From a virus (lineage: Duplodnaviria > Caudoviricetes), in the IMG/VR virus record IMGVR_UViG_3300042557_001224, positions 1 through 41,962 of that record: a stretch of 41,962 bases of DNA; one strand, 5' to 3'. Positions 7,297 through 15,408 of this stretch are shown here, piece after piece (the first letter of the stretch is position 1; each line of letters opens with the position of its first letter). The notes beneath the pieces are model-generated. The model did no database searches and was not told the origin of the DNA. It saw nothing but the letters and a program-made list of their open reading frames with translations. The position numbers and the translations under genes were made by a program.

Positions 7297-8676
7297 CTAG
7301 CGCGGCCTCTGGCCCTCTCGCCTCTCGATCCAACGCCGCAGGAACGTATTGCACAGGTAGCGGTAGCAATCTAGCGCATCGGCCTGTTGGTTAGTCTTCG
7401 AGCGGTCCGATTTCACTATGGATCCAGAACCATCTACGCTGACAGCCTGCATGTCCGAGATCAGACGACGGCACGACGGGTCAACGCGTGCATCTGGGTG
7501 AGCTTTGAGCACCGTATTGGTCTGACTCCGGGAGAGCAGATGCGTCGGGTTTGGCGGCAGAGAAAGCTGCGAGGCCGGTATGCCGAGCTTACGCTGCAGC
7601 TCTCCGAAGAGCGTGAAGGCGCCGTTAATGCCGATGATCCTCGACGTACCACCACGGTCGCCTGTGATCCGCAGCAAGTGTTCTCCGGTTGGCGACTGCG
7701 CTCTGATCCAGTCCGCCATCATCTGCACCGATGCCGTTTTCAGTGCCACCTCGGCAAAAACGTGGAAGTGAGGACCGTTCTGGTCCTCCCAGATGTGGGC
7801 GGCGATCGCGCTGAACGGGTCGACGTTGAAATCTATGCTGATATGCACCAGATCGCCGGGCCTGCGCTCCACCGGCCGCACGTGTCTTTCTCTGTTGAAT
7901 GCCCACGCGAACGGCCGGTCGCTCTTTGGTGCCGCGCTCCAGTCTCCGTGTAGCAAGCGCGCGCGATCGTAATCGTCGAGGAACTCGAGCGTCTGCGTGT
8001 ATTCCTCTGCGAACTTACGATCTACGTGCGTGTCGATCCCGAACAGAACGCGCGCGGTGCCCTCATCAAGCACCACCGGGTGATCATCGTCGTCCGCGAT
8101 GAACTTCCGTTTAACCCAGCCGGGTTGCGGGTTTCCGGTGTAGAGGATCTTGGGCAGCAGGCTCAGCTCGCTGGTCTTGTAACGAATGCGCGACATGATC
8201 AGCGACGCGGCCCTCTCGTCCACTTCTGGGGCCTCGTCTATGAACGCGTCGGTGTATTCCATGCCACCGATGCGGTTGTTGTTCGTGTCGCCTGCTCTGG
8301 TAGCAAGCCAGCGGAACATCGTCTGAGAGCCGTTGCTCCACGTCACGGTGTGCTTGCTGTCGTTATATTCGAAGTCGATGCCCGCCTCCTGTCCCAGCGT
8401 CTCGCAGACATCGAAGAACGTTGCCATCGTACTATCTCGCAGATCGCTGTAGGTGCGTCTGGCTATCAGACCGCGAGTATACGGGTAGGTGATCCGTCTG
8501 GTGATCTGCCACAGCGAGCCCACGAACGACTTGCCGCCACCAGCTCCACCACCTGCGAACAACTGGCGCGTCGTGCTGTCAGTCAACAGCTTCAGCACCA
8601 GCTTCTGCGGGTCGCTCAGTCTGATCCTGATCTCCCGGAGGGCCGTCGATGTAGATGATGGTCCGCTGGCCTGCAT
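7297..8676 (-). CDS. terL: Terminase large subunit
   Basis: Walker A GGGAGGGKS, Walker B FIDEA, TGNP coupling motif, nuclease motifs SIDFN and DALDCYRY; exact start uncertain. Confidence 0.92.
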   Translation of the reverse strand: MQASGPSSTSTALREIRIRLSDPQKLVLKLLTDSTTRQLFAGGGAGGGKSFVGSLWQITRRITYPYTRGLIARRTYSDLRDSTMATFFDVCETLGQEAGIDFEYNDSKHTVTWSNGSQTMFRWLATRAGDTNNNRIGGMEYTDAFIDEAPEVDERAASLIMSRIRYKTSELSLLPKILYTGNPQPGWVKRKFIADDDDHPVVLDEGTARVLFGIDTHVDRKFAEEYTQTLEFLDDYDRARLLHGDWSAAPKSDRPFAWAFNRERHVRPVERRPGDLVHISIDFNVDPFSAIAAHIWEDQNGPHFHVFAEVALKTASVQMMADWIRAQSPTGEHLLRITGDRGGTSRIIGINGAFTLFGELQRKLGIPASQLSLPPNPTHLLSRSQTNTVLKAHPDARVDPSCRRLISDMQAVSVDGSGSIVKSDRSKTNQQADALDCYRYLCNTFLRRWIERREGQRPR

Positions 8677-8854
8677 TCGGTGGTAGGGGTTGTGCTGCGC
8701 CGAAAGCGCGGTCTAGCAACAGGGCCGCAGCGCGCACGTTGCCGTTTTGCGCTTCGTCAGCCATGGCGCGGAGGATCCGATAGAGGCGCGGTCTGCCAGA
8801 GATATCCTCGGAGAGGACATCGTGCAACGCCTCCCGCAGATCGCTGGCCGTCAC
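8579..8854 (-). CDS. terS: Probable terminase small subunit
   Basis: Helical AQNGNVRAAALLLDRAFG motif; upstream of terL; GTG start overlaps the HTH gene stop (GTGA). Confidence 0.6.
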   Translation of the reverse strand: MTASDLREALHDVLSEDISGRPRLYRILRAMADEAQNGNVRAAALLLDRAFGAAQPLPPNAGQRTIIYIDGPPGDQDQTERPAEAGAEAVD

Positions 8855-9054
8855 AACCGGAGCCGTTGCGCATCGGAGCGCGCGACGCCGCAGATGCGGG
8901 TAAAGACGTCGGAGCGCAGGTACTTTGACCGGCCGCTCATGAACTTGGACAGACACGCGCGGCTAACACCGGCCCGGTCTGCGATGTTTGACTGCTTCAC
9001 ACCCTTCGCACAGATCAGCATCAGGGTGTCCCGCAGCGTTTGCGTGGTTTCCAT
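8851..9054 (-). CDS. Cro/XRE-family helix-turn-helix regulator (67 aa)
   Basis: KQSNIADRAGVSRACLSKFMSG HTH; ATG 4 nt after TATCTTTG. Confidence 0.8.
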   Translation of the reverse strand: METTQTLRDTLMLICAKGVKQSNIADRAGVSRACLSKFMSGRSKYLRSDVFTRICGVARSDAQRLRL

Positions 9055-9058
9055 GTGA

Positions 9059-9089
9059 CAAAGATACGAATCAGAGGCCGCTCCCACAA
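9059..9089 (-). promoter_or_regulatory. Canonical Bacteroidota promoter TTG-N20-TATCTTTG
   Basis: TTG 9089-9087 and TATCTTTG 9066-9059 match the -33/-7 consensus TTG/TAnnTTTG. Confidence 0.7.
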
Positions 9090-9102
9090 GGCCGCACACC
9101 TT

Positions 9103-9134
9103 CTAACCGTTCATCACTCTTCTAACCGTTCGTC
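9103..9134 (+). promoter_or_regulatory. Tandem CTAACCGTTC(G/A)TC boxes between divergent promoters
   Basis: Copies at 9103 and 9122. Confidence 0.75.
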
Positions 9135-9143
9135 ACAAAATAC

Positions 9144-9174
9144 TTGTGCGGACGACTTCCGTGTATTTTCTTTG
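9144..9174 (+). promoter_or_regulatory. Early promoter TTG-N20-TTTCTTTG
   Basis: TTG 9144-9146 and TTTCTTTG 9167-9174. Confidence 0.7.
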
Positions 9175-9203
9175 TATCAACAAAACGCGAAACACCTCTC
9201 ACA

Positions 9204-9716
9204 ATGAAGACCCAGACCACCATCATCGAGCAAGCCGCACCAGCAGTCGCCGCGTCCTACGTCGCCCTCGTCCACACTACCTACAACGCGCTCGTGCAGA
9301 AGATGGGCGGCACGAACATGAAAGGCATCTACAACCGCCGCGAGATCTTCACCTTCCGTGCCATCGAGGCGTGCATCAACAAAGAAATGGGAGCGTGGCC
9401 CGAGAACAGCATGATCTGCACGATCGACGAGACGAAACTCGCCGCCGCCGCCGCCGCTCATGCAGAGGCCACCGTCGCAGAGTGGGCCGCAAAGATCACC
9501 GCCAAGATGGGCGAGCTCGATACCGCCGAAGTTGCCGCCATGGGTAGCACGAGCTTTAGCGTGAGCGGCACGAAGAACGGCAAGCGGGTGCACATCGAGC
9601 AGACCATGATCATCAACGTCTCGAGCCGTGGCATCCTCTTCAACCAATTCCCCGCCCTGATCTACGTCGAAGGCAAAAAAACACCCGCGTCGAAGTTCGG
9701 CGCGGCCGTGGCCTAA
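9204..9716 (+). CDS. Hypothetical early protein (170 aa)
   Basis: MKTQTTIIEQ...; AAACACCTCTCACA leader; strong C/G third-position bias. Confidence 0.8.
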   Translation: MKTQTTIIEQAAPAVAASYVALVHTTYNALVQKMGGTNMKGIYNRREIFTFRAIEACINKEMGAWPENSMICTIDETKLAAAAAAHAEATVAEWAAKITAKMGELDTAEVAAMGSTSFSVSGTKNGKRVHIEQTMIINVSSRGILFNQFPALIYVEGKKTPASKFGAAVA

Positions 9717-9730
9717 TCAACACCTGAAGC

Positions 9731-9949
9731 ATGGACACACGGACAGAATACCGAAACGGCGGGGTGGTCTGCAATCTTCTGCGGCTCATGACCCAGAATG
9801 GACGCCCCATGACCAGCGACGAAGCGCTGGCGGTTGCAGCCCACGACGCGATGCCGCGAGGCCAGTGGTACACAGAGACACAGGTGCGGGCCAAGCGGGC
9901 CGAGCTTCAAAATGAACAGCAACAGAACAGCACCTCCGCTGATCTGTGA
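9731..9949 (+). CDS. Hypothetical protein (72 aa)
   Basis: ORF follows the previous gene and precedes a hairpin. Confidence 0.6.
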   Translation: MDTRTEYRNGGVVCNLLRLMTQNGRPMTSDEALAVAAHDAMPRGQWYTETQVRAKRAELQNEQQQNSTSADL

Positions 9950-9964
9950 GAGGTGGGGCGGAGG

Positions 9965-9990
9965 GTGGGCGGCCCGGAAGGGTCGCCCAC
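9965..9990 (+). terminator. GC-rich hairpin, possible terminator or processing site
   Basis: GTGGGCGGCCC-GGAA-GGGTCGCCCAC, an 11-bp stem with one G-U pair and a GNRA loop; no U-tract. Confidence 0.5.
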
Positions 9991-10000
9991 AGCTGCCTCT

Positions 10001-10072
10001 CTAACCGTTCGTCCCTCTTCTAACCGTTCGTCACAGAATACTTGCACGATCGAGCTCCGCATCTTTTCTTTG
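10001..10072 (+). promoter_or_regulatory. Tandem CTAACCGTTCGTC boxes plus TTG-N20-TTTCTTTG promoter
   Basis: Boxes at 10001 and 10020, TTG 10042-10044, TTTCTTTG 10065-10072. Confidence 0.72.
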
Positions 10073-10105
10073 CATTAACGACGAACGACAAACACCTCTC
10101 AAACA

Positions 10106-10339
10106 ATGAACACCCAGAAGAACACCCCCAGCATTGCCTCCGGGAGCGTCTATTTCCGCACCGACGACAAGAAGCTCGCCAAACAGGCAGCCAGCATTCT
10201 CCGCGCAGACGGCAAGGAATGTAAGACCGTGATGGTGCGCAGCAAATACGTCATGGCCTCGACGCAGTGCAACCGCGCCGTGATCTCGTACTGGGTCGTT
10301 GCTCCGTCGCACCCCTACTTCGAACAGGCTACAAAGTAA
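10106..10339 (+). CDS. Hypothetical early protein (77 aa)
   Basis: Conserved leader AAACACCTCTCAAACA-ATG. Confidence 0.75.
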   Translation: MNTQKNTPSIASGSVYFRTDDKKLAKQAASILRADGKECKTVMVRSKYVMASTQCNRAVISYWVVAPSHPYFEQATK

Positions 10340-10366
10340 CACACGAACCAACCAGCACCTCTCACA

Positions 10367-10585
10367 ATGGAAGCCCGCAGCAACACCAAGGTCACCGTTT
10401 TCACCAACCAGTTCGTGCTCTCGCACGGCAAGCAGCCGCGCGGCTTCGGCTCATGGGCCTTCAACATCCATGGCGAAGAGTTCTGGCACACCGGCACCTT
10501 TTCCGAGGCCTGCGCAGCCGCGAAGGCATTTGCTCGCAGCATGGCGCGCGGTCGGCGTTACCTCTGCATCGACGTGATGCCCTGA
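10367..10585 (+). CDS. Hypothetical early protein (72 aa)
   Basis: CACCTCTCACA-ATG leader; HGKQPRGFGSWAF motif. Confidence 0.75.
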   Translation: MEARSNTKVTVFTNQFVLSHGKQPRGFGSWAFNIHGEEFWHTGTFSEACAAAKAFARSMARGRRYLCIDVMP

Positions 10586-10620
10586 TCGATCAAACAAGAC
10601 CCACAAACACCTCTCTCACA

Positions 10621-10920
10621 ATGAACACCCAGAAGAACACCCCCGGACCTTGGACAATCGACGAAAAGCTGGAAGGCCAAACCTGCATCACATCGAAGCA
10701 ACACGTGTCGTTCGCAGAGCCTATCATTTGCCGCGTCTCTGATAGTTCACACGTACCGTTGAGCGAACAGGATGCCAACGCCCACCTCATCGCCGCCGCG
10801 CCGGATATGCTACAAGCCTTACTTGTGCTGCGGTCCTACTTTGAAGGCAAAGAGCACATTCCGAACGCGCTGGCTCCTGCCATCGCCGCCATCGCCAAGG
10901 CCACCGGCACCAACGCCTAA
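10621..10920 (+). CDS. Conserved small phage protein (TPGPW...ANAHLIAAAPD family)
   Basis: TPGPW and DANAHLIAAAPDML motifs, common in phage early regions. Confidence 0.8.
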   Translation: MNTQKNTPGPWTIDEKLEGQTCITSKQHVSFAEPIICRVSDSSHVPLSEQDANAHLIAAAPDMLQALLVLRSYFEGKEHIPNALAPAIAAIAKATGTNA

Positions 10921-10934
10921 CACATCCCCTCACA

Positions 10935-12332
10935 ATGAGCACACCCACGACCATCGAGGCACGCATTTCTCACGATCTCGCCCAGTTTGATCCAGTAGAT
11001 GCCGAGATCGCCAAACTCGCACAAGAGTATCACGGCCTGCAGATCAACGGACCAGATGACAAGGACGGGCGCAAGATCGTGCACGCCGCTTGGCAGGTGC
11101 TCAGAGACACCCGCCTCGGCGCGGAGAAGCTACACAAGGCGCTGAAGGAGGACGCCCTGAAATACACGCAAGCCGTAGATGCCCGGAAGCGCCAGATCGT
11201 TGGTGCGATCTCCGACATGGAGGATCGGTTCTATGCGGACTGGAAGGCATTCGACGCCGCCATCGATGCCCGCAAGAGGGCGGAGGCAGAGCGAGCCGAA
11301 AAGGAACGAACCGAAATGCTGGAGCGCAGGAGGCAATCTCTCTATGCCCTCGGCCTGTTCTTCGACGGCGCGCACTACGTGTCGAAATATGAAGGGGTCG
11401 CACCGGTGACCACGCTCATGCTGGAGCAGGGCACCGGCGAGCAGTTCGCCGAGGCAGAGCGCAAGGCGTGGATCGAGATCGAAGCGGCCCGCGTCGAGGC
11501 CGAGCGCATCGAGGCCGAGCGCATCGAGGCCGAGCGCATCGCCAAGCTGGAGGCCGAGCGCCTGCAACGCATCCAGAAAGAGCTCGATGAGAAAGTGGCC
11601 CAGATGCACGAAATGCGTGTGCAGTCACGCCGCGCTCGCCTACTCGGGATCGGTTGCAGCGAGCTCTCTGGCGGCACTATGCTGGTGTTCTTTGGTGATA
11701 TGGATCTGTGGTCGTTGTCGGCAACCGAGATCGACAGGATGGATGATCGCGATTTCGAGGTTGCCGTCAGTGCAGCCATGGTGGCCATAGAAGATGCCAA
11801 GAAGCGCACACGAGAGGCGGCGGAGTGGGCCGAGAAGCAGGAACGACACCAAGCACGTCTGCGCATGCTCGAGGCCCGCGTGAAGCGTCTGAAGGACTCA
11901 GGGTGGGTGCACATGGACGGAGAACATGAGCCCTACCTCTCGCTGTGTGACGCCGACCACAAGGTGATTATGACCTTGCTCTACGATAGCGAGCAGGGCA
12001 TCACCGGAGCCTCTGATGACAAGATCAACGAGTGTGTCGCCAAGGGCCTCGTGATCCAGCAGGCCATGGCCGCCCGGCATGAGGCAGAAACTATCGAGCG
12101 CATCCGTAAGGAAGAGCTCAAGCGGATCGAGGACGAGAAGGCCGCGAGCGCTGCAGCTGAACAAGAGCGCAAGGCGCAGCAATCAGACGCACAGAAATGG
12201 CAGGAGTGGCGCGCCAGCATCAAGACATCTGCACCCAGCATGCAGAGCCAGATCGGCAAGCACGGAGTGAAGCACTTGCTCCAGCTGCTCGAGGACATGA
12301 CGCCCGGCATGGTCGCCGATCTTGCCGACTAA
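10935..12332 (+). CDS. Long coiled-coil protein of the recombination module (DUF1351/Gam-like, uncertain)
   Basis: 465 aa, E/A/R/K-rich, EAERI x3; lies directly upstream of the RecT-like gene. Confidence 0.6.
   Translation: MSTPTTIEARISHDLAQFDPVDAEIAKLAQEYHGLQINGPDDKDGRKIVHAAWQVLRDTRLGAEKLHKALKEDALKYTQAVDARKRQIVGAISDMEDRFYADWKAFDAAIDARKRAEAERAEKERTEMLERRRQSLYALGLFFDGAHYVSKYEGVAPVTTLMLEQGTGEQFAEAERKAWIEIEAARVEAERIEAERIEAERIAKLEAERLQRIQKELDEKVAQMHEMRVQSRRARLLGIGCSELSGGTMLVFFGDMDLWSLSATEIDRMDDRDFEVAVSAAMVAIEDAKKRTREAAEWAEKQERHQARLRMLEARVKRLKDSGWVHMDGEHEPYLSLCDADHKVIMTLLYDSEQGITGASDDKINECVAKGLVIQQAMAARHEAETIERIRKEELKRIEDEKAASAAAEQERKAQQSDAQKWQEWRASIKTSAPSMQSQIGKHGVKHLLQLLEDMTPGMVADLAD
11496..11540 (+). 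repeat. In-frame 15-bp tandem repeat x3
   Basis: GAGGCCGAGCGCATC repeated perfectly three times (EAERI). Confidence 0.9.
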
Positions 12333-12359
12333 CACACGAAAACCCAAAACATCAAGACC

Positions 12360-13073
12360 ATGGACCAGTTACCTACCAAGGCAGCAGAGCAGCATCCGTC
12401 GAAATTCGAAATGGCGCAGCGCGAGGCCAAGGCGCTCGCCTCCAGCGACCTCGTGCCAGCGGCCTATAAGAACAACGTCGCGAATACCCTGCTGGCAATG
12501 GAGATAGCGAGCCGCGTCGGGGCTTCTCCTTTCGCGGTGATGCAGAACCTGCACATCGTACAGGGCCGCCCTATGTGGAGTTCGTCCTTCCTGATCGCCT
12601 GCGTGAACTCCTGTGGTCGCTTCTCGCCTCTGCGATTTGAGACGCGCGGAGGCAGCGATGCCAGCAGCAAGACCTATGCCGTGCGTGCTATTGCCACCGA
12701 CAAGGAGGGCGGCAAGGATTGCGTAGGTGCTTGGATCACTTGGCCGATGGCCGAGGCCGAGGGATGGGCAAAGAAAACGGGCAGCAAGTGGTCCACGATG
12801 CCAGAGCAGATGTTCATGTACCGTGCGGCAGCATTCTGGTCACGCGTCTTCGCGCCGGAGATCAGTCTAGGGATGCACACCAGCGATGAAGCCGAGGACA
12901 TGCAGCGCGAGCGTCACGCACCGGTGCGCACGATGAGCCTGTCGCCGGTCCAGATGGCCACGGCCAAGGCGGAGATCACCAGCGGTAACGCTTCGATCGA
13001 CAGCATTCAGGAGCTGATGCCAGAACTCGACCCCGCGCAGCTCGAAGAACTCAAAGCGCACGCGGCCAAATGA
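12360..13073 (+). CDS. recT: RecT/Red-beta-like single-strand annealing protein
   Basis: LASSDLVP..YKNN...PFAVMQNLHIVQGRP...W..MPEQM..YRAA..W.R.FAPE..LG; followed by an exonuclease gene. Confidence 0.75.
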   Translation: MDQLPTKAAEQHPSKFEMAQREAKALASSDLVPAAYKNNVANTLLAMEIASRVGASPFAVMQNLHIVQGRPMWSSSFLIACVNSCGRFSPLRFETRGGSDASSKTYAVRAIATDKEGGKDCVGAWITWPMAEAEGWAKKTGSKWSTMPEQMFMYRAAAFWSRVFAPEISLGMHTSDEAEDMQRERHAPVRTMSLSPVQMATAKAEITSGNASIDSIQELMPELDPAQLEELKAHAAK

Positions 13074-13861
13074 TCAGGCAGCATGATGATGCGGCTTGGC
13101 GCGCTACGCGCGTGGGCCGCTTTACGGCATCTAAGATGCACACGCTAATGTCACAGCCGCGCAGCGCTGCAGACAGAGCGGCGGGCAAGTTCAGCGAGGC
13201 CGGACACGACTACATCACCGCAAAGGCGGTCGAGCGCGCCACCGGCGTGGCCATGGACTCTAGTGATCTGCACTCGCATGGCATGCGGCGCGGCCTGCTA
13301 CTGGAGCCCGCCGCGCTGCACTTGTTAGGCCTGCATTGGAAAGAGTGCAAGGCCTGCACATGGCAGCCGATAGGCCAGATCGCTGGCAGCACTCCAGATG
13401 CGCTGGTAGACGCCGGTGAGCCGATGGACCTCAAATGTCCGACCAATCCGTGTGATGTGGTGCGCTTCGGCCTCGAGGTGGTGGGCGATTTCGAGTCGCT
13501 TCTCTCTTGGGATGCACATTATGCTTGGCAGATCGCCACGCAGGCCCTATCATGTGGAGCAGATCGCGCGCACCTAGTGCTGTTCACCGATGCACTGCCC
13601 ATCATCAAACTGAGCGAAAGCGAGCGCGAGATCGCACAGGAACTGATCGACGAGGCTGCGGATCATCATTCAGCTCTGCACGGATGGCCGTGGAGCTACC
13701 GCTACAAGAGCGACGGCATGCACTTCGTCGCTCGGTCCTTCGAGATCGGCCAAGACATCAAGGACCGCATCACGAAGACGCTCGAGCGGGCCGATCTCGA
13801 GTGCGATCGCGTCATGCGAGAGGTCACCAAACAACTAGACACGACATGGAAAAGAAACTGA
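13070..13861 (+). CDS. YqaJ/lambda-type exonuclease
   Basis: W...RVGRFTAS, MRRG..LEP, GSTPDA, DLKCP, Y.WQ motifs. Confidence 0.85.
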   Translation: MIRQHDDAAWRATRVGRFTASKMHTLMSQPRSAADRAAGKFSEAGHDYITAKAVERATGVAMDSSDLHSHGMRRGLLLEPAALHLLGLHWKECKACTWQPIGQIAGSTPDALVDAGEPMDLKCPTNPCDVVRFGLEVVGDFESLLSWDAHYAWQIATQALSCGADRAHLVLFTDALPIIKLSESEREIAQELIDEAADHHSALHGWPWSYRYKSDGMHFVARSFEIGQDIKDRITKTLERADLECDRVMREVTKQLDTTWKRN

Positions 13862-14097
13862 TCGAGATCTTGAGCGAGGCCATCGTCTCGCGCCGCCGCG
13901 CTCTGCGCTTCGGGTGGAGTAAGAGGAAGGACCACGGCGATGTGTCGCGGGCGCTCATGCGGTGTGAGCAGTTCGTCGCCTCTTATCCCGGCGCTAGCGA
14001 TGCCTTGGTGCGCGACTGGTGCAGGAACAACGCCGAACATGTCTACCGCGTCGTGCTTGGTCGCCGCGCCGGTGTGCTCAACAAGCTCATGTCATGA
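13846..14097 (+). CDS. Hypothetical protein (83 aa)
   Basis: MEKKLIEIL...; overlaps both neighbours in a tightly packed operon. Confidence 0.6.
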   Translation: MEKKLIEILSEAIVSRRRALRFGWSKRKDHGDVSRALMRCEQFVASYPGASDALVRDWCRNNAEHVYRVVLGRRAGVLNKLMS

Positions 14098-14516
14098 TCC
14101 AGTGGCACAGATATCAGAGGGCTGACGGCGAGTGGGCCGAGTTCGGTGCGTTCGTTCTGGAGGCCAGCAGCAACGGCTCTTGGGTCGTGCGCCACAAGAT
14201 GGGCGAGGTGCCGTGCCGCTGCAGCGCCGATCTTGGTGGTATGCAGCCGGGCGGGATCGACTCCGCGAAAGCTGCGTGCGAGAAGATCCTCGCAGAGATA
14301 CTGGCCGCCCCCAGTGGGAACGGCGCGCTAGTTTCTACCTCTGCCCTCAAAGAACAGAAGGCCATCACGGTCGCCCTGTGTAAGCGACATATGGCCGTGC
14401 GTGCGCTGCAGGCAGAGGCCGCCGAGAAGAACACGGAAGAACACACCAACAAGGCCAACGCAGCGCAGAGCGAGCTCGATCGCCGCATCAAGGCCTATAT
14501 TGACCAGAATACATGA
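14094..14516 (+). CDS. Hypothetical protein (140 aa)
   Basis: ATGA overlaps at both ends. Confidence 0.7.
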   Translation: MIQWHRYQRADGEWAEFGAFVLEASSNGSWVVRHKMGEVPCRCSADLGGMQPGGIDSAKAACEKILAEILAAPSGNGALVSTSALKEQKAITVALCKRHMAVRALQAEAAEKNTEEHTNKANAAQSELDRRIKAYIDQNT

Positions 14517-14932
14517 GCAAACCCACAGGCATCTACGAGGGCAAAGAGGACGGTTTCCAGCAGTCCGCGATCCGGCTCATCAGGATCGAGCTCAGGGCTG
14601 CGGGCTATGATCCAAAGTGCGCGGTGCACATACCGAACGGCGGCGAGCGACATCCAGCCGTAGCGGCCAAGATGAAGGCGGCCGGAGTAGTACCCGGATA
14701 TCCCGACATCATGGTGTTCGTGCCAGAGGTCTTGCCGCCCATCAACCGCCGCAGGGAGATCGTGATACCGCGCTGCGGTCTTGCGCTCGAGCTGAAGGTC
14801 TGGCCGAACAAGCCGACGCCCAATCAGGCACACGTCCATGAACTGCTCCGCTGGTCCGGTTGGCGAGTGGTAACATGCTGGTCGCTGGACACCGTAATTT
14901 CGGAGATCAAGCAATATCTGGACCGGCGATGA
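14513..14932 (+). CDS. VRR-NUC nuclease / Holliday-junction resolvase-like
   Basis: HIPNGG, GVVPGYPD, LELK, TPNQ PD-(D/E)xK motifs. Confidence 0.85.
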   Translation: MSKPTGIYEGKEDGFQQSAIRLIRIELRAAGYDPKCAVHIPNGGERHPAVAAKMKAAGVVPGYPDIMVFVPEVLPPINRRREIVIPRCGLALELKVWPNKPTPNQAHVHELLRWSGWRVVTCWSLDTVISEIKQYLDRR

Positions 14933-15408
14933 AGAGCAGCACAAATGTCGGGCGCACCGGTCTGGTGTTCGAAATGGCCGGAGAGGCCCACACGATGTCA
15001 CCGGAGGAACTCGAAGCCATCGAGCGCTCCGGACCCCCGCACAGCTGGCGCGAGTACGCCGGAGGCCATCACGGACGCGGCTACTGGCAACCGCGACCCG
15101 GGCATATCACGGGCTCGATCCTCCAGATGTGCCTGCGCCCCGGTAGAACCGAGCCGGGGATCTTGCCCGTGGACCCGCCACCGCTACCAGCCCCAACCCG
15201 TGGTCAACCCATGTTCGTCAGGTCTGGAGACAGGGCGCTGCACTGGATCATCAAGCGAGCGGATCGTCGCGGCGTCTATCGCGCCTGCGATCCCAACCGC
15301 GCTTTCGCGAAGCCCTGTGATGGTCTGTTCATGAAGAGGTTCAGCGCGGCCATCTGGATCCCGAGGCTGTGCCCCATCTGCGTCGAAATGTTCAAGCTCC
15401 GCGACTGA
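14929..15408 (+). CDS. Hypothetical protein with a C-terminal Cys cluster
   Basis: ATGA overlap upstream and TGATG downstream; C..C..CPIC. Confidence 0.6.
   Translation: MKSSTNVGRTGLVFEMAGEAHTMSPEELEAIERSGPPHSWREYAGGHHGRGYWQPRPGHITGSILQMCLRPGRTEPGILPVDPPPLPAPTRGQPMFVRSGDRALHWIIKRADRRGVYRACDPNRAFAKPCDGLFMKRFSAAIWIPRLCPICVEMFKLRD

Noticed and set aside
9965-9990. Confident intrinsic terminator
   Set aside because: The stem is strong but has no U-tract on either strand, so it is kept only as a low-confidence feature
930-10032. CTAACCGTTCGTC or TGTCCGG repeats as a CRISPR or mini-array
   Set aside because: Repeats are 13 bp or shorter with 5-6-nt gaps, occur only in pairs or triplets, and no cas genes are present
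11496-11540. 15-bp tandem repeat as a phase-variation switch
   Set aside because: The unit is a multiple of three inside a coiled coil, so copy changes would alter length only
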